DNA from: Macrostomum lignano
Lineage: Eukaryota
Reading direction: 5' to 3'
Length of the DNA: 64,000 nucleotides
NCBI GenBank assembly: GCA_002269645.1
Contig: NIVC01000200.1
Span: forward strand, 310,001-374,000
The notes under the pieces were generated by a model, which was not told the origin of the DNA, made no database searches, and saw only the letters and a program-made list of their open reading frames with translations. Below, in pieces: positions 37,301-53,738 of this stretch (position 1 is its first letter; every line of letters starts with the position of its first letter). A program made the translations under genes and the position numbers.

Positions 37301-39793
37301 GAAACTATTATACTATATTATATCAGCAATATATATCCTAAGGATTTATATAGATCATCAGTGTTGGTCACCAGTCTATTAATAAGCATTAATCCACTAA
37401 TAAGCATTAATAAACATTAAGATTTTTCATTAATGTTAACAGACTACCATTAAGATTTTTTGTACTAATGGATTAACAAATTTATGTTAATAATTTTGTA
37501 AGCTAACAACAAATTCATTGTTAACATTAATGGCAATGTCAATGACCAAAGACACAAGGAGAGAACAAAAATATAAGTCTGACAATAAGTTACAACATAG
37601 TAAATATATTTGAATTTACCTAAATGCCTAACTAATCTCTTTGTTTATAATGATAAACATGCAAATATAACAACTTACTAATGAACTTTAATAATGAATT
37701 GAAATTGAAAACTTTATTGCCTGCATATGAGCATGGATCACTTTCAAATTTTTACCAGGACTTTATTACAGCAGCCATTCTGTGCAGATATAATTAATTT
37801 GTTGATTTCAATTAATGAAATTTGTTAATTTGATTGTATGCAAATTGTTGATTGTTAATTTTGTTGATAATTGATAATTGTTAATTTGTTGAGTCCAAAT
37901 AATAAATGGAAATTTATTTCTAACCACTTAAATGGCATGCATTTTATACACTAAACCAGATTATAAGACAATTTGACTTATAAGATAAACAATGCACTAA
38001 AACAACTACATATACTATACTATACTGACAAATTTACCAGTTGACAATTGTAGCTACTACATGCATAGCTAGTTGACAAATTTACCAGTTGACAAGTTTA
38101 TACATTAGTGAATATACTATGCAGCTAGGTGTACTACAAAAAATTTTATTCCAAGCTTAGAAATGTTTGTATACTAATTTTTTAATAAATTATATTTAAA
38201 AAGATAATTTTTTACTAAACTTTAGCAGGGTTGTTTTTCACTAAAAAAACTGATATTATTTGTTTTAATTTTGTTTTTTTTCTAGTACAGTCAAAATTAA
38301 TAACAACATTTGTTGCTATATAATGCAAACACCAAAGTAAGGACTTAGAGTTATTACAATATTTGCAGTTGTTACAATAAAAAAGTGGAGTCATCACTCA
38401 GAACTCAGTACTGACTGATCATCAGAAAGACACTCTAACATCATGCTAGTATACCTTGCTAGAAAATATGTGCAGAGTGGCATTTGATTCCTGCAGCTTA
38501 GCTGGTACTGGATGAATAACTTCACTATTATTTATCCAGTACCCATATTGCAGGTGTACGCTGGAATTTTCGGGCATACACTTGAGTTCTGTGGCGTAGA
38601 CTGGCATACATTTCTTGGCTATATACAGTGTGGCATACACGAGTGGCATACAAATTAATATAAAGAATTTTTTGTGCAATTTTCTATGTTAAGTTATTTC
38701 AAAAACCATATTTTCTGCTATCATTTTCTCATTTACTAATCATTTTAATTACTGGACTTGTCACAACAATTGTCATGTTGTTATCAATTTTTTGTAATTT
38801 AAATTTTTCTTTCATTTATTTTCTTTTTTGTGGCTTAATCATAGGCCTAATAAACTTGTGATAGGCTAGTAGCACATAGTTTTTGTTGGCATACAATTGA
38901 AAATTCAATGAAAATGTGTCCAGCATACACAGAAAACCTTTAGCAATATGGTCCAGTACTAGACAAATAATTACTACCTAACGTTTAAGTTCTTATAGTT
39001 AGGCCTATAGGGGCCTAGTGTAGTGCATAATGTGTATATGTATTTTTCATAAAATCTAAATTCTTACTAATGTATAGGCCTAACTTCATATTTGTCAAAG
39101 TTGTTTTTGACCAGCATAAGTTAGTAATAATATTAGTATGCTAAAAATTTACTTAAGCTCAAAGTGCAAAGTGGTAGGCCTATAGCAAAGTGGTATTCCA
39201 ATCCAAAACAACTAAATTAGGCCTAGCCTATTTACTAGTATACTGGGAATTTCTGGCATAAATGTAACCTTTTAAAGTGTGGAATGGCATCTGATTCTAA
39301 CATATTTTGCATAATTTGGTCTTGGTTGAATACTGGAATAATCTGACTAGGCCTAGACAAGTTTATTCAAATAAAAAAATATTTGGCAATAGTCCAGTTT
39401 TGTTCACAAAATTATTTTTCATTTAAATTTGAAAGTTTGAAACTAGAAAACAATAACAATGACAAAAATTGATATTTTAAACCATTCTAACAATTGTGGC
39501 AAAGACTGTGGCAGCCATCAGGTTGCGCACATTTAGCTCTAGTTGTGGTAGAGCATTTGCTGGCAGCACTTCATTTGGCGGAATTATCCACAAGGGTCTT
39601 GGTATTGGTCTTGGTCTTGGTCCAGCCATGATACAATATGTTGTCCAAAATAAAAAGCAGATATTAGTAGCTTCTCAGCTAAAGGGAAACAGTTCAAGCC
39701 CCCCCCCCCACTTGAGCCCCTTTCGATTTTTTAAACTCTTTTTTTCCATAGACAACTTGCATTTCATTTCAAGTAGCATTCGAGCGTGGCACA

Positions 39794-40585
39794 GGCTCAT
39801 TCCATATAGGCCTAAGCATGGTCGTAACATGACAGGTTATTTTTACTTATAAAATGAAATCTAATAATAGAATATACTAAACCAATATTTTAAATGAAAG
39901 ATTCTTTTGTCTAGAATATATTTATAGAGTTTCATATAGATATCATCATTAGTATAGATGCTATTAAACCTTAAATGACACTTATGGTCGTAACGACAGG
40001 ATTTTTGACATATAGAAACTAAAAGGTAAAAGTCTTATAAAATTTTTTCATTTTTGATATTTTGCAATACATTTTTAAAATTTGACTAAGAACATCTTTA
40101 GAAATCATACTCTTTTATTAGAATATATAAACTCAAAAGGCAACAAAGATACAAAAGAAAAGGCAGCCTTATGGTCGTAACATTATGGTCGTAACATATT
40201 TTTTTCTGTCAATTCAGTATTTTTGAGGTACTAATACATTAAAAATATAATAGATTATTTGGTCACCAATGCTTTTATCTGATGATGCAAGTACTATACT
40301 TTTATCTATAGTTTGTTTCAACCTTCAAAAGCTTTCTATTTGTTTTCAAAAGGTACAAAATCTTAATGATGTCTTTTGCTTCGAAAAATGTCCAAATTTT
40401 TACAAAAATGACTTTTTGCCAATTGATAACATACTAATCCAACATTTTACCATTCCTTTATTCTTAGATTGTATATATTGCACAATATAAACATTTGGTA
40501 AAAAATAGGCTAATTAGGCAATGGCAAGCAAAAATATTGACTTTTTTCTATTTTCCAAATATGTCTATCTTATATGGAATGAGCC
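39794..40585. mobile_element. Non-autonomous DNA transposon, 792 bp
   Basis: 15-bp perfect TIR ggctcattccatata; 4-bp TSD caca on both sides; internal ggtcgtaac motif four times. Confidence 0.7.
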
Positions 40586-42512
40586 CACAGATTTAATGAA
40601 AAAAGTATATTAAAATAGAGCGCCCATTTGCTTTAAAGTTCCGTGACCAGTGAGCTCTGGCACAGTCGCTAGAATGGTTTAAAACATCGTTATTATTGTT
40701 TTCTGGTTTTAAACTTTCAAATTTAAACGAAAAATAGGCCTAATTTCACGAACGAAACTGCACTATTGCCAAATATTCATATATAATATGGTAGGCCTAT
40801 ATATTAGGTTAAACCTTGGTCACTGAGTGATTGACTTATTGCCTTACTTCTAAATTTCTAGTATGGGCTCCTAGTAAATTATAGGCCTATGAATGAATGG
40901 ATCGTTATGTTATGAATATAAAATGCAACATACAAGATACAATAAAAATAGAAGTGCCTAGGGGGCCTACTGAGAGTCAGTTATATTTATTTCACTACTA
41001 CATTACATTAAATTCACAACTAATTCTGCATTCAAGTTTAATCATTGCAAAATAAGAATTATGTAATGAAAATATTGCCATGGAGGACAAAACAATCACC
41101 CTAGAATTAAAAACATCCTAGCAACTGTCGTCGCTCACTAAAAATAGAGGTGAACAATATATTTAAAATGTCCGTAACGTATAACAAAACCATTTCTACT
41201 TGAGATGGCGAATGAGTATTAATATAAAACTTTGGCCGTCGCACTCTAGCTAAAATCAGCATAAATCTAAATATAAGCTAAATATTATATTTCGAGTCAA
41301 AATTCTGTTGCTAAGTAACAGTAGCACCTAAACATCCAGATTCCAGACGAAAATCCCCAGTCTATGTGCATGCTTGCGCTATATGATCTTCCGCTACAAT
41401 TTGACGTACATGAAAACGAGCCTCAATCGAACGTTATTGCTTGAAACTACTCAGTACTCAGTCTGCAATTAGATATTTGTAATTAATTAAACTTAAAAAA
41501 GACAGCGCTGTGATCACTATACCGTGCACTTTTACTATCGACTAAACCATTTCATATTTCTGGGGCTGTTCTTGGGTAAAATACAGTGCTGAGAGTGACC
41601 ATACACAATACTGTAAGCGTACAGGGCATTGCATGCATCTGATCAGCAATTATAATAAGGCAGACTGTATACTTTACGGTCTTCATTATACTTTACGAAA
41701 AGCATAAAATAATTTATGATTATTTTATCATAAAATGCTTAAAAATGAGGAAGAGCTGAGTGATTTTCGACCCAACATCATATATAGATGCATTTTACAA
41801 CATTTTGGTTGGCTGTCAATTTAAGATGGTATAGATAAACTGGCATTGCCGTATTTGTACGAGTACTTGTTGCACGCATGTAACACAATAACACAATAGT
41901 AACATAATAACACTGTAGTAGTCTGTAGCTGCCTAGCTAATTATTGGTTGCAACACTAACACTGTAAATAAGGTAAATTTTAAAGAAAATAGCTACTAAT
42001 TAATCGCAAAGCGAAGCGGTGTATCAGAGTATCAGACCCAGACCAGACCACTGTGAGTAAGTGAGTACATTAACTATTCATACATTTCTACCAAAACCTA
42101 GCTCTCTTGCTCTCTTCTTTCATTCTCTCTCTCTTTTTTCCTAGCTCCCAGCAGTCAACAACTGACAGTGTAAACTTGAGGTAGCTACACTGTAGCTAAG
42201 TCTGTTAATACGCGCGGTTAGAGAATGTACGCAACCAAGCGCCCCAGGTAAATAATGAGCTGTACAGGAGAGCTGAGGCACGGGAGGAGCACAACGGGGA
42301 GAAGAGAATTACGATGTGTCAGCGAGCGGACCGTGTATTACTGTGTCTATATGTGCATTGCCAAACACTTCTGCAGCCTGTCACTAGCTATACTTAAGCA
42401 GAACTCTCAGAGCTAGCTATTTCACTCGTAATTGTATCAATATATCTAGAAATTAATATAACTAAATAGGCCAACACAACAGAAGAAAAGAACAAGACTC
42501 ATCATCAACACA

Positions 42513-44244
42513 ATGACAAGTTGTGACAGCTCCGAGGTCACTAGCTTAGCCTCAACATCGGCAAGAACTGCGACTGGAGCTATACAGGACTCAGCAAGCA
42601 GCTACACTCATCCTACAAATAGTAACTGTAGGACCTCGCCACGACAAAGGCAATCATTATACGCGCCCCTGCAGCCCGAAGATGCTGACAATCCTTCGAC
42701 TGTGGTGTCCAAAGCTAGACAGTTGATAGCGGAACTGCAGGACCTTCTGAACTCGCCGACAACAGCAGCACCAGTAGGAGCATCTGCGGCGACATCGTCG
42801 AAGACAAACTCAAACAGAAACAGACTGCAAACGAATGAAATCAACAATATCGAAATCACGAACAGTGCTCGCAGTTTTAATGACGCCAGCTCATCAACAA
42901 CGTAAGATATTCAATGCTGTACTTGTGCGAAGTATGCAGACAATAATTGTGACAAGATCTCACTCTCACAAGCGGGGCTTGTGTGTCCAAGATTATATGC
43001 TCAAGAGTCAGCGAACTGGGCAGAATTGCCTCATCACTGGCTATGGGACGTGCTCGGCGACAGCTTTTGCGCCAGGTTACCTAATGTATACATGTATACA
43101 TGTATAATATATGAAACTGACTTTCGATTCGCACATTGTCATCAAAGGTGGTGCAGAGAGCGCTAGTCTACATACACTATAATTTAAGTGGGAAAAGGCT
43201 TGTTAGTACCAGTCGTTTCTCGGTCTTAACTAAAGCAAAATTCTCGATCCACCATCCACCAATAGGTCAGCCAGCACACAGAGACTGACAGCGCACTCAG
43301 AGCCCCAACAGCCGCAGCAGCCGGAAGAGCCGCCACTGGAGCTGCAGGCCTGCAACGGTCTATGCGTTGTGTTTGCCAACTATGCCAGCCTCTTGCCCGC
43401 ATCGACCGCCGCTATGAGCAGCAACTCAAACGGCCCAACCCCTGCTGATGGTACAGCAACAAGCGCTACTCAACCAACTGCTGAAGCTGACCCTGCCTCC
43501 GATGAAGAAGACGACATGGATGCAGCCGCAGCAGACGGTGGCAGTCCACGCCAGCTGCTGGCCCGAGCCAATCAGATTCGTGACGCGGCAACGGCAATCG
43601 GCCGCCTGTTCAACAGCCGGCTGGAGTTCACCGTGTTCATCCACTGGAACAAGTCGCGCAGAGAGACGCTACGGCTGCTGCGGCAGACGGCCTCGGCGAT
43701 GTCTGAAAGTGGACGCGACTGCTGTTTCGTGTTCTGCCTGGGCCGCGGCGGTCGAGATCACTTTGAAGCGGCCAGTGGCGGCAGCGTGACCCTGACGGAC
43801 ATTCTAGCAACTCTGGCTGTTGGTCAGCGAGGCCGCCTACCTCCAGTGTTTGTTGTCGGAGAGCTGACTCCAGTAACGACTACAGCGTACAGTGCAGCAG
43901 CATCTGTAGAAACGCCGCGTCTAAGCATACCTAGCAACCATCTGTTGCTATGGTCGTTAGGCGCTCCGGAGATGACCGACCTGTTGGTTGAGCAGCTCAC
44001 TAAAACTCATAGCGGCTCAAATTTAGGCAAAGATGTCGCTTCTACCGTAGCCGGCATTGCCGAATGGATTCGTCGACGTCGGAATGGAACGTCGTCGGCG
44101 AGGGGCGTCGGCGGAGATCGAGCAGTTTTATGCGGTAGAAACAGCGAAGATGGAGTCGGTAATAGACCAAGGCAGCAGTGCTGCTGCAGATTTATTAGCA
44201 AACTAGATAGATTAGTGTACCTGGCATCGCCTGACTGCATTTGA
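42513..44244 (+). CDS. Caspase-fold protein lacking catalytic residues; exons 42513-42901 and 43266-44244; ~455 aa
   Basis: Phase-2 intron (gtaaga...aatag) keeps frame. GLCVVFAN, D..AIGRLF..LEFTVFIHWN, DCCFVFCLGRG, PPVFVVGEL and a p10-like tail (SKLDRLVYL) follow caspase motif order. Confidence 0.6.
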
Positions 44245-44371
44245 GTTGATCCCGTCTGCTGCAGTGTGTACTGCCTGTCTGTAACTCTCTCCATTCGCTT
44301 TGGGTTTGGGTTATTAAATTGCTTTGGGAGAGGGGCGCTACACTGTGAGCTGTCCTTGGGGTTGATGTTTA

Positions 44372-45125
44372 GGTGGGGTGCTGTCCATGTGGGGTGCTGT
44401 TCATATGGGGTATAGGGTGCTGTCCATATGGGGTGCTGTCCATGTGGGGTGCTGTCCATGTGGGGTGCTGTCCATGTGGGGTGCTGTTCATATGGGGTAT
44501 GGGGTGCTGTCCATGTGGGGTGCTGCCATTTGGGGTGATGTCCATGTGGGGTGCTGTTCATATGGGGTATGGGGTGCTGTCCATATGGGGTGCTGTCCAT
44601 GTGGGGTGCTGTCCATGTGGGGTGCTGTCCATGTGGGGTGCTGTTCATGTGGGGTGCTGTCCATGTGGGGTGATGTCCATGTGGGGTGCTGCCATTTGGG
44701 GTGATGTCCATGTGGGGTGCTGCCATTTGGGGTGATGTCCATGTGGGGTGCTGCCCATTTGGGGTGATGTCCATGTGAGATGCTGTCCATTTGGGGTGTT
44801 GTCCATATGAGGTGCTGTCCATGTGGGGTGCTGTTCCACATGTGGGGTGGTGTCCATACGTATAAGGTGCTGTCCATATGGGGTGCTGTCCATACGGGGT
44901 GCTGTCCATACAGGGTGCTGTCCATATGGGGTGCTGTCCATACGGGGTGCTGTCCATATGGGGTGCTGTCCATATTGGGTGCTGTCCATGAGGGGTGCTG
45001 TCCATGTGGGGTGCTGTCCATGTGGGGTGCTGTCCATATGGGGTGCTGTCCATATTGGGTGCTGTCCAAACGGGGTGCTGTCCTTATGGGGTGCTGTCCA
45101 TACGGGGTGCTGTCCTCGGGGCGTT
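44372..45125. repeat. 16-bp G-rich minisatellite
   Basis: gtggggtgctgtccat units. Confidence 0.92.
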
Positions 45126-45589
45126 GTCCTTGGGGTGATGTCCTCAGGGACTCCCCCAAAAAATAAATTGCAAAAAACCTGCTTAAAACAATTTTATTGC
45201 TAAGGTATGCTTTTAACCGTGTTAAATAGTGGCTTTTTTGTTTCAGCACGATTAAACAAGCGAAATAAACATTCAGTTATTGAATAACTAAACTATTAAA
45301 TATTATTTATTGATGATAATTATAACGATGCTGTTGCATATAATTGTTTATTATTGCCAAAACAAGGTGAGATGCTGTCTAACTTCTAAAAATTATCGAA
45401 ATTATTATCAGCCTCTGCCTCATAAAATTTGCAAAATTGCTATTAATCAATAAAAAACGGCAAAAAATCAACTTTAAAATTGAAAAATTATAACAAATTA
45501 TAAATTGGCTAGGGCTAAATCTATCGAACTGACTTGACTCTCGTTCGTTTCAAAAAGTTCCCAATCCCTGAATATCCCGATCCAAAAGT

Positions 45590-45963
45590 GTCACATTTCC
45601 CATAACGTCACATTCCTTATAACTTCACATTCCCCACAATGTCACATTCCACCAAAATGTCACATTCCATCCAAATGTCACATTCCATCCAAATGTCATA
45701 TTCCATCCAAATGTCACATTCCATCCAAATGTCACATTCCATCCAAATGTCACATTCCCCCAAATGTCACATTCCATCCAAATGTCATATTCCATCCAAA
45801 TGTCACATTCCATCCAAATGTCACATTCCATCCAAATGTCACATTCCATCCAAATGTCACATTCCATCCAAATGTCACATTCCACCAAATGTCACATTCC
45901 CCCAAATGTCACATTCCATCCAAATGTCACATTCCCCCAAATGTCACATTCCATCCAAATGTC
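45590..45963. repeat. 18-bp minisatellite just past the HAO1 stop
   Basis: attccatccaaatgtcac units. Confidence 0.92.
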
Positions 45964-45983
45964 TAAGGAAGAGAGGCGGTTGC

Positions 45984-48954
<2,971 letters not shown>

Positions 48955-49039
48955 CTTTTGGTATACGAGTGGACGTACATGTAGATGAAAAAATAGGATA
49001 AGACAGTGTTGAATACTGAATTCCGTTGAGTTTGAGTTC

Positions 49040-49925
49040 CCTAACTGGGATTTCTCTAGGTGGGATTTCACTGTGTGGGATTTCAATAGGTGAGATGTTC
49101 CTGTGTGGGATTTCAATAGGTGAGATTTTACTGTGTGGGATTTCAATAGGTGAGATTTTACTGTGTGGGATTTCACTGTATGGGATTTCAATAGGTGGGA
49201 TTTTACTGTGTGGGATTTCAACAGGTGGGATTTCACTGTGTGGGTGGGATTTTACTGTGTGGGATTTCAACAGGTGGGATTTCACTGTGTGGGATTTCAA
49301 CAGGTGGGATTTCATTGTGTGGGATTTCAACAGGTGGGATTTCATCTGTGTGGGACTTTACTGTGTGGGATTTCAATAGGTGAGATTTCACTGTGTGGGA
49401 TTTCAACAGGTGGGATTTCATCTGTGTGGGATTTCCTGTGTGGGATTTCAATAGGTGAGACTTTACTGTGTGGGATTTCAATAGGTGAGACTTTACTGTG
49501 TGGGATTTCAATAGGTGAGACTTTACTGTGTGGGATTTCAATAGGTGAGATTTTACTGTGTGGGATTTCAACAGGTGGGATTTCATTGTGTGGGATTTCA
49601 ACAGGTGGGATTTCATTGTGTGGGATTTCAACAGGTGGGATTTCATCTGTGTGGGACTTTACTGTGTGGGATTTCAATAGGTGGGATTTCACTGTGTGGG
49701 ATTTCAATAGGTGAGATTTCACTGTGTGGGATTTCAACAGGTGGGATTTCATCTGTGTGGGATTTCCTGTGTGGGATTTCAATAGGTGAGACTTTACTGT
49801 GTGGGATTTCAATAGGTGAGATTTCACTGTGTGGGATTTCAATAGGTGAGACTTTACTGTGTGGGATCTCAACAGGTGGAATTTCACTAGCTAGATGGGA
49901 TTTTTTAATAGGTGGGATTTCATTG
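49040..49925. repeat. ~30-bp minisatellite upstream of HAO1
   Basis: tgtgggatttcaacaggtgggatttcactg units. Confidence 0.9.
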
Positions 49926-50721
49926 CATCCCCAGAGTGTGCACAATAACTCAAAGCCTTTTTTTCAAAACTAACTTCTCAAATATTATTTATGGCCGTCT
50001 GTCTGCCAGTAAATAACAAAGTTTGTCAATAAATTTAGTTGTTCCAACAACTGAACTTGCGGAACTGTATATAAATTACAGTTTGATGGACAAAACTGGG
50101 TTTTATCGCACTACAAGACAAAATGATGATAGTTTTATTAATACAACTTTAAAATGAGAATTAAGCAACTAGCAAAGGTGTCGGATATGAATTGAATTAA
50201 CTTAGTTTATATTTACCTTATCGGGATTATCACAGTAGAAAGTGGAGTATTCCTCATGCAGTGAGAGTTCAGTAAATACAATTTTACTGTTGATTTATAA
50301 TTTAGTTTAATTTGGCCGATATGTATCGAAAACAACTTCATAAAATGAATTCAATCTCTTAATAAACAGCAGTCTGAATTTTCTGATTTTTATTAACTAA
50401 TGAAAAAAACGTTGCATAAACAATGATATTTAATTGATTGAATAGAACGTTTATTAAAATTTTAATAGAATTAGACAGCACACTAGAGAACTTTATGTAC
50501 GAGCGTACAAACATATCGTTTTTTCTGTTAGGCTAGAAGCAGAAAAAATAATAGCAAAACGGCACACAATAATGGCACACAATGTTAGATTTTTATAACT
50601 AAACTTTAAAATATAAACAAAATACAATATATAACTAAGGCAGCTCTAGTAGAGCTTTTCGCCTGGATATTCTTTAAAGTGATTAACAAAGTAAATAAAA
50701 AGTTAAAACCCGAACCAAATC

Positions 50722-51248
50722 GAGACGGGGTGAGGAATTGGTCGGATAGAGACAGAATGTACATTGTTGGAGACGGGGTGAGGAGTTGGTCGGATAGAGA
50801 CAGAATGCTGGAGACGGGGTGAGGATTGGTCGGATAGAGAGAATGTACATTGTTGGAGACGGGGTGAGGAGTTGGTCGGATAGAGACAGAATGCTGGAGA
50901 CGGGGTGAGGATTGGTCGGATAGAGAGAATGTACATTGTTGGAGACGGGGTGAGGAGTTGGTCGGATAGAGACTTAGCTGCAGGGCTGTCCCGGAGGGGA
51001 CACAGCGGGAAGGCGCGGGCGCCCATTCCGCTAGGTCGGATAGAGAGAATGTACATTGTTGGAGACGGGGTGAGGAGTTGGTCGGATAGAGACAGAATGC
51101 TGGAGACGGGGTGAGGATTGGTCGGATAGAGAGAATGTACATTGTTGGAGACGGGGTGAGGAGTTGGTCGGATAGAGAGAGAGAGAATGTACAGTGGCGG
51201 AAGCGGGTGAGGAGTTGGTCGGATAGAGAGCGAGAGAGAGAGAGAGAG
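50722..51248. repeat. ~45-bp G-rich minisatellite downstream of RO60
   Basis: ggagacggggtgaggagttggtcggatagag... units, two alternating variants. Confidence 0.88.
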
Positions 51249-51443
51249 ATAATGCTCAAAGACTGTGAAGTGAAAAATTTGAGCTAATCGCTGAAAAATA
51301 AGTAAAAAAATAATAGAGATCATAAACTAAAAGCTGGATATATTAAACACATACAACTGCACCCAAAGCATAGCGTATTCAACTTTTCTAAATCAACAAA
51401 GTAGTTTATGGTCAGACAAAGTAGCTCAATCAATAAAAGTGAA

Positions 51444-53738
51444 TCAAAACTCTCCCAGAGCGAATTCGCGCAGAATCTCCGGCACGGAAGCGTCAAAGCC
51501 GACCAGATCGAGCATGCCGGGATCTTTGGGATCGGCAATGCTGAATTTGCTAGCCGTCATTGCCATCACGGCTAGGCGGCTTTCTGGCAGATTCATCCGA
51601 TTCCTATACTTCACCAGAGCTTCGTGCGGATGCACGCGGCCAAAGTAGGTCTCATTGTCAGTCAGGACAACAAACAGATCAAATTGGCGACGTTGCTTCA
51701 GCGCCCACAGCATGGGCTGGGCGCAGTCTGTTGAACCAAAATTACGATTTCTAGTTTTAGCCAGAGCGGAATTCAGTGTGTCGTCAGAGCTGATGTTTAA
51801 ATTGACTAGTTTGGAGCAGAAACCAACCACTTGGCAGGTGTTGGCAGGTTCGGTTCGAACTGTGACCATAGCCAGAGCTGTGGCAGCTTCTGCGCAGCTG
51901 ATGCATTGAATAGGATTAGCTGGCGAACTCATACTGCCGCTAACGTCCAGAGCCAATAGGATTCTTTTGCCGGTTGGCTTCACATTTTTAAATGACAGGT
52001 AGAACGCTTTCTCAAGCGCGGTCACTAGTCGAGGCTCGGGTTGCCAAGTCAAACCGCCGCGGAAGCCCCGACCGGAGTCAACAATGCGCCAGGCGGCTAG
52101 AACGTTGATCGGATGAATCATTGCTTTGTGCAGCAGGTCGGCGTTGGTTATACGTTCGATAACAGTGTCTAGAAGGTCGGGCTTGTCGGTGAATAGGCCC
52201 GAGCTGAGGTATTTGGCTAGGGAACGGAGCATAGCTGTTAGCGGCATGTTGGTGAGCAGGGCCGCCATGACCTGAAAGGTAAAGTTGAAGATTTATTAAT
52301 AAGATTCTTGCGTCAGCGATAAAATAAGTCGTAAAATTTTAAGGGGAGCGAGTGTACATTGGCGGAGGGGCGCGGAGGGTTAGGGAGGTAAGAGGTTGGT
52401 CGGGAGCGAGTGTACATTGGCGGAGAGGCTTGTTTTGGATGGTTAGGGAGTTAAGAGGTTGGTCGGGAGCGAGTGTACATTGGCGGAGGGGCGCGGAGGG
52501 TTAGGGAGGTAAGAGGTTGGTCGGGAGCGAGTGTACATTGGCGGAGAGGCTTGTTTTGGATGGTTAGGGAGTTAAGAGGTTGGTCGGGAGCGAGTGTACA
52601 TTGGCGAGAGGCGTGGAGGGTTAGGAAGGTAACAGGTTGGTCGGGAGCGAGTGTACATTGGCGAGAGGCGTGGAGGGTTAGGGAGGTAACAGGTTGGTCT
52701 GGAGCCAGTGTACATTGATGGAGAGGCTTGGAGAGTTTTTGAGTTAAGCGGATAAGGGTAAAATCTCACCTGCTTTGACCCTAGCAGATGTGCGGGCACG
52801 TGCTCGCGAACTAGGCCAAATTTTTCAATGAGCCCGGCAGCTACAAACTCCTCGCCGTTGTCCATCTTACGCAGCTGTTCGATGGCCTCTAGATAGGCCA
52901 GCACGTTGGCCGAGTCAGACTCGCTAGGCCAGTTATCGCGAACAGCTTCGATACCTTTAACGCAGTAGCGCAATAGGCAGTTAAGCAATGGTTTGTCAGT
53001 TTTAGCGTGGCAAAGTCGCAACAGATCGCGATGAGTCCAGCCACCTCTGTTGCGATATTTTGTCACCATGTAGGCCAGACGTTTTGGCGTGTCAGCAAAC
53101 TGCAGGTACCATTTAGCAATAGCCCGGCGTTGGGCCCGACCCCAGCCTGTGCCAGCAGGCTGGCAGGCCTTCTGCCCGATGTCGACAAACTGGAACAGGT
53201 GAGTTGGTATGCGGCACACCTCGTCTAGGCAAGCGTAGGCCGCTCGTTTAGTGGCCGGATCGTTGCTATGGGCACACAGAGCCAAAGCAATTTGTATGCC
53301 ATCCTGTTTAGCAGTTCGACCTTCGACGCTATACTGTCGAATAGTGGCTACAGCTTCTGGTCCTTGGCCGGCTTGGATGAGGTTCTGCAGCGCTAGAATG
53401 TTAGTAACTGTGAGTTCATTCTCACTAGCATAGTAGGTGCCAGACTCGCATCCAATGCAGATGAAGCGCTTGAGCTGCTGGATGTCAGTCACTTGGAATA
53501 CATAGCCACCTGCACTGTTCTTAACCTGATCAACACTGACTGGCTGAGTCTGTGGAATCGGTCCTATCTGCTGAGAGTCCACTTCCATTGAGTTGCTGCT
53601 ACTGCTGGAACTTCTATGTTGGTGATTCCAGCGGGTATTAGGATAAGATGGCATTCCAAAGGGACTAGGAGTAATTGAGGAAGCAGCAGCAGCTGCAGCA
53701 TAGTTTCTCTTGGCTTGCTTGGATTTGCGTCTAGGCAT
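51444..53738 (-). CDS. RO60: Ro60 RNA-binding protein (TROVE + vWA); exons 53738-52770 and 52271-51444; 598 aa
   Basis: QVKNSAGGYVF, GWGRAQRRA, KYRNRGGWTHRDLLRL, REH(V)P, MIDAS DVSGS, TDNET, DPGMLD. Phase-0 intron SKQ|VMAALL. Confidence 0.95.
52345..52735. repeat. ~58-bp G-rich minisatellite in the RO60 intron
   Basis: ggtcgggagcgagtgtacattggcgg...ggttagggaggtaagaggtt units. Confidence 0.88.

Noticed and set aside
43339-43362. QACNG resembling the caspase QACRG motif
   Set aside because: It lies before the first strand of the fold (the PRG position), not at the catalytic position; treated as coincidence.
50722-51248. Y RNA gene next to RO60
   Set aside because: The repeats contain ggtcgga, not the GGTCCGA Ro-binding motif, and show no Y-RNA stem or terminator.
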